DNA of 64,000 bases from Planotetraspora sp. GP83. Its GTDB lineage: Bacteria; Actinomycetota; Actinomycetes; Streptosporangiales; Streptosporangiaceae. The translations under genes were made by a program, and so were the position numbers. Positions 1-8,325 of this stretch are shown piece by piece. Location: contig NZ_JBGCBZ010000002.1 in assembly GCF_041262585.1 (NCBI RefSeq), positions 1 to 64,000 on the forward strand, read 5' to 3'. Under the pieces are notes generated by a model, which saw only the letters and a program-made list of their open reading frames with translations, made no database searches and was not told the origin of the DNA. Each line of letters opens with the position of its first letter. The stretch's first letter is position 1.

Positions 1-94
1 TGATGCCCAGTTCGAAACAGGACAGCAGGTTCATGAACCGCGCGGGTCCAACCATGTATTCACGGAATCGCGCGAGCGTGGCTTCTGCGGTCAT
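1..94 (-). CDS. 5' end (first 31 codons) of a second O-methyltransferase paralog; the gene body lies left of the window
   Basis: nt 1-94 are 100% identical to nt 1156-1249, the N-terminal codons of the OMT at 185-1249, including the ATG (rc cat 92-94). The flanking upstream sequence is only ~70% similar. Confidence 0.5.
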   Translation of the reverse strand, partial: MTAEATLARFREYMVGPARFMNLLSCFELGI

Positions 95-184
95 GTTCTG
101 ATCCCTCCGAGTCATGCGGTTCGTGAAAGAGGTGTACGGGGTGGATTCGCTATCCCTGCGTGGAGCCGGTCCCACGCCGGCCGG

Positions 185-1249
185 TCACACGGTCTTCGTC
201 GCGCTCAAAATGCCCTGCAAGGGGAGGGCGTCCGGGGGCAGTTCGGAAGGATGCTGGGCGATCGCCTTCGTGACGGTGAAACCGCATTCTTCCAACCAGC
301 TCCGGAACGTCGACAGCTTCTGCGGCCCGCCCTGCCCTGTAGCGCAGCCGAGGAAGAAGCTCGGGTAGTAGTCGACGGTGCCGGATTCCTTGATGTCCTC
401 GGAATAGATCGGCACCAGGATGTGGACCTGGCCGCCGACCTCCAGCGAGTCCCGGACGCCGTTGAGGATCTTGAACACCTCGCTCTTGTCGAACATGTTG
501 AGGAAGTGTTTGATCAGCACGACGTCGAAGCCCTTGGGAACCTCCACGAAGACGTCACCGCCGATGAACGAGCATTGCTCGTCCACCCCGTGCTCCCGGA
601 AGTTCCTCAGGCACGCCTCTTCCCGGCCGGGCAGGTCGAACGTCGTCACCCGTAGCCCGGGCGACGGCTTCATCTTGAGGGTGTGGATCGCGCCGAGGCC
701 GGTGTTGCCCGCCAGGTCGAGAACCCGCGAACCCGCCGGGATGTCGACGTTGTCGAAGAACCAGGGGTCGATGCGGGCGGTGACCGAGTCCATCAGCCTC
801 GACCAGGATTCCCGCAGGTCCGCGTGCACGGTCATGGCCTCGTACAGGTCCCCGTCGAACCCGTAGAGCTCGCGAAGGCCGACGGGCTTGCCGGTCCGCA
901 CGCTCTCGGTGAGGTAGAACAGCTGCCGGAGCGTGGTGACCTTGATCTTGTCCATGAAGTCGAGCGGCCGCTTGAGGTCGATGTCGTCCAGCTCAGCGAG
1001 CGCGTCGAGGGAGTACGCCCCGGACGCCTCGTCGTAGGCGACGAAACCCTCCTTGACCGGCAGGAACAGCAGCTGCTCCACGGCCGCGGGCTTGGCCCCG
1101 GCAACGGCGCCGAGCTCGACCGCGGTCATGCCGGGGCCAGCCCGGAGCGCGTCGATGATGCCCAGTTCGAAACAGGACAGCAGGTTCATGAACCGCGCGG
1201 GTCCAACCATGTATTCACGGAATCGCGCGAGCGTGGCTTCTGCGGTCAT
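185..1249 (-). CDS. class I SAM-dependent O-methyltransferase (family 2; N-terminal dimerisation/winged-helix domain plus C-terminal methyltransferase fold)
   Basis: 354-aa ORF. SAM-binding motif LDLAGNTGLG and the typical COMT-like architecture. ATG start with no long upstream extension. Confidence 0.8.
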   Translation of the reverse strand: MTAEATLARFREYMVGPARFMNLLSCFELGIIDALRAGPGMTAVELGAVAGAKPAAVEQLLFLPVKEGFVAYDEASGAYSLDALAELDDIDLKRPLDFMDKIKVTTLRQLFYLTESVRTGKPVGLRELYGFDGDLYEAMTVHADLRESWSRLMDSVTARIDPWFFDNVDIPAGSRVLDLAGNTGLGAIHTLKMKPSPGLRVTTFDLPGREEACLRNFREHGVDEQCSFIGGDVFVEVPKGFDVVLIKHFLNMFDKSEVFKILNGVRDSLEVGGQVHILVPIYSEDIKESGTVDYYPSFFLGCATGQGGPQKLSTFRSWLEECGFTVTKAIAQHPSELPPDALPLQGILSATKTV

Positions 1250-1607
1250 GCACTAATCCCTTCGAGTTGGTTACGCTCCAGCGGCACATAACGCGAACCC
1301 GCTGCCACCCCGATGAGGAGCACTGTGGGGCACCGCGCCGCGTCGCCACGATCCGGCGGGGACCCGGGCGGTCGCGGCTACCCACTCTCCAGCATCGGCC
1401 ACGGGACTTGGCTGGGACTGTTCGGCGAGTTGGCGTCGACTTGGCGGCCGCCACGATGGTGCGGCGGCCGGGCGCACATCGCCGCAGGTCTACCGCTGTA
1501 GACGTATCGACAACGGTGATGTCCGACCATTCGCGGCCGACCGCCTCACCAGTACCAGAATGAGTCGGTCACGCGGAATGCCACCACAGAACACCAATTA
1601 TCAGGTT

Positions 1608-1640
1608 TCTTGACAACCGCCTGTGGCGAATATACGATCG
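1608..1640 (+). promoter_or_regulatory. candidate sigma70-like promoter (TTGACA, 17-bp spacer, TACGAT) facing the SARP gene
   Basis: cTTGACAaccgcctgtggcgaataTACGATcgg lies in the AT-richer divergent intergenic region between the OMT and the SARP gene. Confidence 0.3.
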
Positions 1641-1957
1641 GTCGGAGTTTATAGTTCACAATTCAAGAGTTCGCGATTCGAGATCAGCCACCGGGTGGCG
1701 GCCACTTGGCCATGGCTGTTCATATCACGCGACGCGCGGTGACGAGTAGTTGTCCGCGCCGCCTCCAGGAAAGCCGACTTGGTGCTGGTCCACCGGCACC
1801 CGCGACTCGATTGTCGCGCGTGATCTGGTGACCTCACCAGTGCCAAGGCGGCAGGAGAACGTGTCCATGGCTTGGCCATTCGCGTTGTCCGGAGAGGAGA
1901 ATCGACATCCGGATTCACCTTCTTGGGCCGCTGCGGATTTTCTGCGCTGACGGCGAG

Positions 1958-2728
1958 ATGTCGCCGGTCGCGCGGAAACCGCGGCAGATTCTCGCTCTGC
2001 TCCTGCTCAACTACTCGCGGGTCGTGCCCACGGCCGCGTTGATAGATGAGCTGTGGGACGGGTCCGCACCGAAAACGGCGCGCGCGGCCGTGCAGATCTA
2101 CGTCTTCGAACTGCGCAAGAGACTCGCCGAGGCCACCGGCCTCAGCATGGACGCCGTCGGCAACGAGATCTTGCGCAGGGCGCGCAACGGCTACGAGTTC
2201 GTCGCCGAACCGACCTGGTTCGACCTACGGTCCTTCCGTCAACGGGAGCAGACGGGGGTGGCCGCCGTGGCCGAGGGCGACCTGATCAAGGCCGCTCGGG
2301 ACTTCCACACGGCGCTGTTGATGTGGAGTGGTCCGGCGTTGGCGGGCGTCGAACCGGGGCCGAGCATCCGGGCCGAGGTGGCCGGGCTCGAGCAGTCGAG
2401 GGCCACGATGCTGAACCACCGCATCGGACTGGAGCTGAGGTTCGGCAGACACCGGGAGATCCTGGGCGAGCTGATAAACCTGGTGTCGCACGACAGGTTC
2501 AACGAGGACCTGCACGCGCAGTTCATCATCGCGCTGTACCGCTGCGGCTACCGCGCCTGCGCGCTGGAGGCGTTCCGCCGGCTGCGCGAGGACATGGTCG
2601 CCAGGTTCGGCTTGGAACCGTCCCCCAAGTTACAGAGGTACTACCACGCGATCCTCACCTCCGACCCGGGGCTGGACGAGATGCCGGTATGGCCGCTGCC
2701 CAGCGAACTCCCGGCGCTGCAGCCGTAG
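1958..2728 (+). CDS. SARP-family transcriptional activator (OmpR-type winged helix + BTAD). The true start is probably ~19 codons upstream of the first ATG.
   Basis: Protein ends in the BTAD motif ...HAQFIIALYRCGYRACALEAFRRLR. The conserved SARP N-terminus (RIDIRIHLLGPLRIFCADGE) is encoded in frame upstream of ATG 1958, after a GGAGAGGAGA Shine-Dalgarno-like run at 1891-1900. In-frame TTA at 2630-2632. Confidence 0.85.
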   Translation: MSPVARKPRQILALLLLNYSRVVPTAALIDELWDGSAPKTARAAVQIYVFELRKRLAEATGLSMDAVGNEILRRARNGYEFVAEPTWFDLRSFRQREQTGVAAVAEGDLIKAARDFHTALLMWSGPALAGVEPGPSIRAEVAGLEQSRATMLNHRIGLELRFGRHREILGELINLVSHDRFNEDLHAQFIIALYRCGYRACALEAFRRLREDMVARFGLEPSPKLQRYYHAILTSDPGLDEMPVWPLPSELPALQP

Positions 2729-2741
2729 CGCAAGCCCGCCG

Positions 2742-3551
2742 CTACACGGCTTTGGCATTGCCGTAGCCGCCTGCGGCGTCGACGGCCGCGGTGTCGGCGA
2801 CCCGCATGACGTGCCACAGCCGGGAGATCCGGTTGGACGGCGCTATGCCGAGTTCGTCCTGTATGTTCCGCCGCAGCCGGTCGAACACCTCGAGGGCCTG
2901 GGTCCGGTATCCCGAACGGTACAGGGCGATCATGAACTGGGCGTGTAGCTCTTCGTGATGCGGATGCCGGACGACGAGCCTGGCCAGCTCGCTCAGCATC
3001 TCGCGGTGCCTGCCCATGTCCAACTGCGTACCGAAGAACAGGACCAGTGTGTCCAATCTGGACTGGTCGAGCTCGGCAACGGCGGCCCGGAGCAGCCTGC
3101 CGTGGTCGACGTCCAGCAACGCCGGGCCCCGCCACAACCCCAGTGCCTCACTCAGCAGCCGGCTGGCGCCGAGGACGTCCCCGGTGTTCAGCAGTGTCCG
3201 CCCCAAGGACCGCAGCCGGTGGAACTCGGGCAGGTCGAAGGACGCCTTGCCGAGGTCCAACCGGTAGCCGCCGACGTGAGTTTGCAGCAGGTCTTGTGCG
3301 ACCAGGTCGCGCGGAACACCGAGCTTTCGAGCGAACTCCGTACGTAGGTAGAAGATATGGGTCTGCAGCGTGGTCGCGGCGCTCCGCGGCGGCGAGTTGT
3401 CCCACAATTCGGTGATCAGCGAACTAGTCGACACCCGGTGCGGTTCGTTGAGCAGCAACAAGGCAAGCAACTGCCGAGGCTTCCCGGTAATGTGCACCAG
3501 GTCTTCGCCGTCTCGCTGGATGGACAGCGAACCCAACACCTGAAATTCCAT
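2742..3551 (-). CDS. SARP-family transcriptional regulator (second copy, convergent with the first)
   Basis: Internal Met gives MEFQVLGSLSIQRDGEDL... followed by a BTAD (HAQFMIALYRSGYRTQALEVFDRLR). The ORF-track start at 3647 adds 32 unlikely residues. Confidence 0.8.
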   Translation of the reverse strand: MEFQVLGSLSIQRDGEDLVHITGKPRQLLALLLLNEPHRVSTSSLITELWDNSPPRSAATTLQTHIFYLRTEFARKLGVPRDLVAQDLLQTHVGGYRLDLGKASFDLPEFHRLRSLGRTLLNTGDVLGASRLLSEALGLWRGPALLDVDHGRLLRAAVAELDQSRLDTLVLFFGTQLDMGRHREMLSELARLVVRHPHHEELHAQFMIALYRSGYRTQALEVFDRLRRNIQDELGIAPSNRISRLWHVMRVADTAAVDAAGGYGNAKAV

Positions 3552-3687
3552 AAACCCACCCAGATGCACCGCGTCGAGAATACCCGCCGGACGGCGGCCG
3601 CGCCAGCGCTGTCGCTCTCCTGGAGAACGTGCGACGACGGGCTTCACGGCGATTACGGCAAATAGCGCAATGCCCGCGCCGCCGGGT

Positions 3688-4650
3688 TTACCGCGCGAAG
3701 ACCAAAGTGGTGGGCGACGGCGTCGAATGGAACGAGACGTCGTCGAAACCCGCCTCCGTGAGCCAGGCCCGGTAGTCGGCCTGCCGCCAAGTCCCGCCCT
3801 TCTTGCTCTTGAGCAGCATTTCCGAGGCGAACAGGAGCGGGAAGAACGGGCCGCCGCGGTCGTCGTCGACGACGTAGTCGCAGACGACCAGCGTGCCCCC
3901 GGGCTTGAGGGCTGCCCTGACCTTCGCGAAAATCGCGATGTTGTCCTCCGGCCCTTCCTGGTGCGCGACGTGCGAGTACACCGCGATGTCGTAGGCGGCG
4001 GTGCCGAACTCCACAGTGTGGAGGTCCCCGTCGACGCAGGTGAACCGGTCGGCCACCCGCCGCTCCTTCAGCAGCCTGTGAGCGATCGCGTTGATCGGCC
4101 CCCAGTCGAGCTGGGTCGAGCGGGCGGCGGGGTTGAGCTCGAGCCAGATGGCCGAGAAGATGCCCGAGCCGCCGCCGAGGTCGAGGATCGAGACCTCCCC
4201 GGCCTCCGCCAGCCCCAGCAGGTCGGCGGCGACCGTCGCCACCGGGACCGACTGCGCGGCGATGGCGGGGACCACGTCCTCCCAATGCGGGTTGTCGGCC
4301 ACCTCGGTCATGGCGTCCACCGGTCCCCCTGTGCGAAACACCTCGAGCAGGCTTCCCATCTTGTCCATCTGCCCCAGCTTGAGCTTGGCGTAGCCGCTCA
4401 AGCTGGCGGGCCTGCCGTCGACAAGGAACGCGGCCGCTTCTGCGGTGTTGCGGTAGCTCGCGCCGTGCAGCTCGACCAGGCCCAAGCCGACGAGCCCGTC
4501 GAGCAGGGTCTGCGCACCCCGCTTCGAGATCCCAGCTTTGGCGGCCAGCTGGTCCGCAGTGTCCACACCCGCGTCGAGGTGGGTGAAAAGCGAGTACTTC
4601 GCCGCCGAACCGAGGATGCCGGTGGCCCAGTAGCCGTTGGCGATCTCCAT
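3688..4650 (-). CDS. O-methyltransferase (COMT-like: dimerisation domain + Methyltransf_2)
   Basis: Sequence from the internal Met MEIANGYWATGILGSA... SAM motif ILDLGGGSGIFS. Start set at ATG (rc cat 4648-4650). Immediately downstream of the type III PKS on the same strand. Confidence 0.8.
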   Translation of the reverse strand: MEIANGYWATGILGSAAKYSLFTHLDAGVDTADQLAAKAGISKRGAQTLLDGLVGLGLVELHGASYRNTAEAAAFLVDGRPASLSGYAKLKLGQMDKMGSLLEVFRTGGPVDAMTEVADNPHWEDVVPAIAAQSVPVATVAADLLGLAEAGEVSILDLGGGSGIFSAIWLELNPAARSTQLDWGPINAIAHRLLKERRVADRFTCVDGDLHTVEFGTAAYDIAVYSHVAHQEGPEDNIAIFAKVRAALKPGGTLVVCDYVVDDDRGGPFFPLLFASEMLLKSKKGGTWRQADYRAWLTEAGFDDVSFHSTPSPTTLVFAR

Positions 4651-4748
4651 GATCCGGTCCGGCCTCGGTTGGTCGTTACTCACGCTGCCTCCTGAGTCCT
4701 GCGTGTAGGTGGCACGCGACCGCGCGCCGATGTTCCGGCGGCCGGCCC

Positions 4749-5846
4749 TCAGTGGGACGCCGATACGGCCTCGGGAATCCGCTCCATGCTCGCCGGCGCG
4801 TCCAGGGACCAACTACCCACCGCCATTTCCGCGGTGATGCCCGGTCCGAAACCGGCGATCACACCGGTGGCACCGGGTGTCATCGTGTCTTCCTCGAACA
4901 GCCTGCGCAGCGCGTCGAGCACCACAGCGCTGGCGATGTTGCCGTACTCGGTCAGCGTCGCCCAGCTGTGGCGGAACATGCTGTTGTCGACACCGAGGTA
5001 CTTGCTCAGGTCGGCCAGGATCCGCGGGCCGCCCGCGTGGATGACGTAGAAGTCGAGGTTGCCGACGTCCCAGCCGTGGTCGAGGGCGAGTTCGCGCAGC
5101 ACCGGGGCGAGCGGCTCCATCGTCCCGGGCACCCGGCGATCCAGTTGGAAGTGGAAGCCGGTGGAGCGCACGGCGTAGGAGATCCAGTTCTCGGTGTCCG
5201 GGATGATGTAGGAGGCGTTGCGCTCCAGCGCCACACCGTAGCCGCCGCTCCCCCGCACCACGGCGGCCGCGACCCCGTCTCCGAACAGCCCGTCGGACAG
5301 CAGGGACCCGACACCGTCGTCCTCGGGCTGGTAGCACAGCGAGCACAGCTCGCAGGAGACGATCAGGACGTTGTTGTCCGGATAGGCCATGCAGAAGTCG
5401 TGGGCGCGGTTGATCGCCGCGCCGCCCGCCGCGCAACCCAGCTGCGCGATGGGAATCTGCCGGGTGTTGTACCGGAATCCCATGTTGTTGATCAACCATG
5501 CGGTCTGCGACGGCATCGTGAACCCGGTGCACGACACGAAGATGATCGCGTCGATGTCCTGCGCCGTCAGCGAGGCGTTCGCCAGGGCCTCCTCGATGAC
5601 CACGGGGCACCTCTTCTGCGACTCCAACTCGAAGATGCGGTTGCGCTCCTCGAAGCCGGGGTGGCGCAGCGTATCCTCGATGGGCTGCACCAAATGCCGC
5701 TTCTGCACGCCCGTGTTCCTGATCAATCGGAGCGCCAACGGAAGCTGCGGCTTTCCGGCGTGTGCCTTCTCGGCGAATTTCAACGTGTCGTCCAGCGTGA
5801 TGACATATTCCGGCACACGCACCGACGGCTTGCATAACGTTGGCAT
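4749..5846 (-). CDS. rppA: type III polyketide synthase, RppA-like 1,3,6,8-tetrahydroxynaphthalene (THN) synthase
   Basis: 365 aa. Cys-His-Asn triad contexts are present (FVSCTGF, YVIHAGGP, GNIASA). Near-collinear with RppA as recalled from memory: MxTLCxPxVxVPEHVIT..., QIPIAQLGCAAGGAAINRAHDFC, GFGPGITAE. Confidence 0.9.
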   Translation of the reverse strand: MPTLCKPSVRVPEYVITLDDTLKFAEKAHAGKPQLPLALRLIRNTGVQKRHLVQPIEDTLRHPGFEERNRIFELESQKRCPVVIEEALANASLTAQDIDAIIFVSCTGFTMPSQTAWLINNMGFRYNTRQIPIAQLGCAAGGAAINRAHDFCMAYPDNNVLIVSCELCSLCYQPEDDGVGSLLSDGLFGDGVAAAVVRGSGGYGVALERNASYIIPDTENWISYAVRSTGFHFQLDRRVPGTMEPLAPVLRELALDHGWDVGNLDFYVIHAGGPRILADLSKYLGVDNSMFRHSWATLTEYGNIASAVVLDALRRLFEEDTMTPGATGVIAGFGPGITAEMAVGSWSLDAPASMERIPEAVSASH

Positions 5847-6000
5847 GTCTGGAGTCTCCTCCTGTAGAAGTCCACCCTCTGTGCGGAAAGCGCCCTTCCT
5901 GTACCCCCGGTAAAGCTGTCAGGTCACAACGCGCGGCATACGCCGCGCCGCGGATCGCCATCGGCTCGGAGATACACGTTCACTACCGTCGCCCATCTCG

Positions 6001-6030
6001 CTTGCCGTGGGCTTGGCGTGGACTTGGCAC
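6001..6030. promoter_or_regulatory. three direct repeats with 11-bp periodicity (CTTGCCGTGGG / CTTGGCGTGGA / CTTGGCAC) ~155-185 bp upstream of the rppA start; candidate SARP operator
   Basis: Seen directly. SARPs bind direct repeats spaced one helical turn apart near the -35 element of their target promoters. Confidence 0.3.
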
Positions 6031-6145
6031 CCCTTCCGGCGGCGGAGGAGGAAGACACTTGGGACGCGCTTGCCCCAACGGCGCGGTCGCACCGTCTGAC
6101 GAGGGTTCCGGTGTCGCACAGGGTGCAGGCGCCCGCGGCGGACTT

Positions 6146-6607
6146 CTATCCACTGTGGAGGGCGATGATCTCCTCCACCGTCCGGCGCAGCATGGCGATC
6201 CGGTCTTGACCGAGGTGCAGCACCCACTGCTGTTCGATGTCCCTGAGGATTCGCGCGGCGGCCGCCTGGCCCGCCACGCCCCGCTCGGTCAGCCGGATGA
6301 TCTTCGCCCGGCGGTCCTTCGGGTCGGTCGCCCGCTCGACGTAGCCGAGCCGCTCGAGTTCGTCGACCAGCTCGGCGATGGCCTGTTTCGTGAGCCCGGC
6401 GCGGTCGGCGAGCACGGTCAGCCGCGCCCCCTCCTCGTCGATGAACCGGAAGACGGAGCCGTGCCGGTACCGGATTCCCTCCAACCCCTCCTCGCCGAGC
6501 CGCTGGTGGAGCAACTCGATCGTGATGTCCTTGGCCCGTGTGAGCAGAGCGGGAAGCGGCGCCTGGCCCGCGTCCTCCTCGCCGCGCTCCCCGGATTGCG
6601 TCGTCAT
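6146..6607 (-). CDS. MarR-family transcriptional regulator
   Basis: Winged-helix region ...LTVLADRAGLTKQAIAELVDELERLGYVERATDPKDRRAKIIRLTERG. Start taken at ATG (rc cat 6605-6607) rather than the TTG at 6655. Confidence 0.8.
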   Translation of the reverse strand: MTTQSGERGEEDAGQAPLPALLTRAKDITIELLHQRLGEEGLEGIRYRHGSVFRFIDEEGARLTVLADRAGLTKQAIAELVDELERLGYVERATDPKDRRAKIIRLTERGVAGQAAAARILRDIEQQWVLHLGQDRIAMLRRTVEEIIALHSG

Positions 6608-6785
6608 CCCGAGCGACCTCTCTAATGCAGCCCACTTCGTCAGGCTGCTTGACAATACAATACTCCTAATAGGACAGTAGCTTTACTGAACTTGACAACC
6701 ATGATGCGACCGAGCGAGCCATCGTGTGTTGTCGTATGGCCGATCCAGTGGCGAATCCCCGAATACCGGTAGAGGTGGGAATTTG

Positions 6786-8204
6786 ATGAGCCGTTTCGAC
6801 CACGAGGGAAACAAGGTCACCGGCGTCGACGCCGCGGCGATCGACGCTTTGGCCAAGCAGGTGAAGGGTCCGGTGCTCACCCCTGACAACGAGCAGTACG
6901 ACGCCGAACGCGCCGGGCACCAGACCACCCGCTGGCACCGGCCCGACGTGGTAGTGGGCGCGATCGGGCCCGCCGACGTGCAGGCGGCGGTGGCGTTCGC
7001 GCACAGCCACGGACTCCCGGTGGCGGTGCAAGGCACAGGGCACGCGCTCTCCGCCGTCGCCGCCGAGGGCGGAGTGCTGATCAACACCTCACGGATGGCG
7101 GATGTCCGGGTGAATACCGAGGCGGGCACCGTGTGGGTGGGCGCCGGGACGAAGTGGGACCAAGTGATCCACGAGGCGGCAGCGGCCGGGCTGGCCCCGC
7201 TGTCGGGCTCGGCCCCGGGCGTCGGCGTGGTCTCCTACACCCTCGGCGGCGGCTTGGGCCCGCTGTCGCGGCGGTACGGGTACGCCGCCGACCATGTGCG
7301 CAGCATCGACGTCGTCACGGCGGACAGCACGCTGCGGCACGTCACCGAGACCTCCGACCCGGACCTGTTCTGGGCGCTGCGCGGCGGCCGGGACAACTTC
7401 GGCGTGGTGACCGGCATCGAGGTCGACCTCATGCCGATCACGACGATCTACGGCGGCGGACTGTTCTTCGACGCCGGGTCGGCCGCCGAGGTCCTCGACA
7501 CCTACGCGCAATGGACGACCACCGTGCCCGACGAGATGACCTCGTCGGTCGCGCTGATCTCCTTCCCCGAGGTCCCGGCGCTCCCGGAGCCGTTGCGCGG
7601 CCGCTACGTCGTCCACATCCGTATCGCCTACGCCGCAGACACCCTCGGGGCGGGCGAGGGCCTGGTGGCGCCGCTGCGGGCGCTCAACCCGTTCATCGAC
7701 ACCGTCGCCGAGATACCCTTCGCCCAGGCCGGATCCATCCACAACGACCCGCCCTTCCCGGGGACCTTCGAGTCCGGCACCGCCCTGCTGGGCGAGTTCG
7801 ACTCCGCCGCGGTGCGCGCCCTGCTCGAGCACGTCGGCCCCCAAGCACCGGTGCCGCACGTCGTCGAACTGCGCCACCTCGGCGGGCAGCTCGCCCGTCC
7901 CCCCGCCGTCCCGAACGCCGTCGGCCATCGCAACGCGCGTTACGTGATCAACGTGGTCTCCCGGCTGGAGCGCGCCGAGATCACCGCCGTCCGGCCCGCG
8001 CACGAGCGCGTGTTCGCGGCGATCATGCCGTGGACCACCGGCGGCCGGGCGCTGAACTTCATGATCGGCGAGAATGACGCCAAGGACGTGGCCTCCGCGT
8101 ACGACCCCAAGGACTACCAGCGCCTGACCGAGGTCAAGGCCGTCTACGACCCCCAGAACATCTTCCGGCTCAACCACAACATCCCGCCCGCCGTCGCCGG
8201 GTGA
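6786..8204 (+). CDS. FAD-linked oxidase, berberine-bridge-enzyme-like (FAD_binding_4 + BBE C-terminal domain)
   Basis: Start at ATG 6786 after GGAGGTGGG. GxGH-type FAD-binding region (VAVQGTGHALS) and the C-terminal BBE signature YDPQNIFRLNHNIPP. Confidence 0.8.
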   Translation: MSRFDHEGNKVTGVDAAAIDALAKQVKGPVLTPDNEQYDAERAGHQTTRWHRPDVVVGAIGPADVQAAVAFAHSHGLPVAVQGTGHALSAVAAEGGVLINTSRMADVRVNTEAGTVWVGAGTKWDQVIHEAAAAGLAPLSGSAPGVGVVSYTLGGGLGPLSRRYGYAADHVRSIDVVTADSTLRHVTETSDPDLFWALRGGRDNFGVVTGIEVDLMPITTIYGGGLFFDAGSAAEVLDTYAQWTTTVPDEMTSSVALISFPEVPALPEPLRGRYVVHIRIAYAADTLGAGEGLVAPLRALNPFIDTVAEIPFAQAGSIHNDPPFPGTFESGTALLGEFDSAAVRALLEHVGPQAPVPHVVELRHLGGQLARPPAVPNAVGHRNARYVINVVSRLERAEITAVRPAHERVFAAIMPWTTGGRALNFMIGENDAKDVASAYDPKDYQRLTEVKAVYDPQNIFRLNHNIPPAVAG

Positions 8205-8307
8205 CCCCGGCAGGCAAGAGCGCGGGGTATCACTCTGGATGCTCTGTCTCTACTCCTTTCGGTGGTGACGGAAAGTCAGGCCGAGAGGATGCGGTGGTAG
8301 CAGCGCG

Positions 8308-8325
8308 AAGCCGGCCCGGCCGGCT
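8308..8325. terminator. GC-rich palindrome (AAGCCGGCC-CGGCCGGCT) between convergent genes; putative bidirectional terminator
   Basis: Perfect 8-bp inverted repeat abutting the stop codon of the hydrolase gene (rc TGA 8325-8327) and ~100 bp after the oxidase stop. Confidence 0.3.

Noticed and set aside
4813-5961. 382-aa minus-strand ORF overlapping the type III PKS, plus the 361-aa plus-strand ORF at 4752-5837
   Set aside because: Arg/Gly/Ala-rich shadow ORFs in alternative frames of a well-supported gene; typical high-GC artefacts.
7089-8177. 362-aa minus-strand ORF and 314-aa plus-strand ORF inside the BBE-like oxidase gene
   Set aside because: Opposite-strand or alternative-frame translations with extreme R/G/P/A composition and no motifs.
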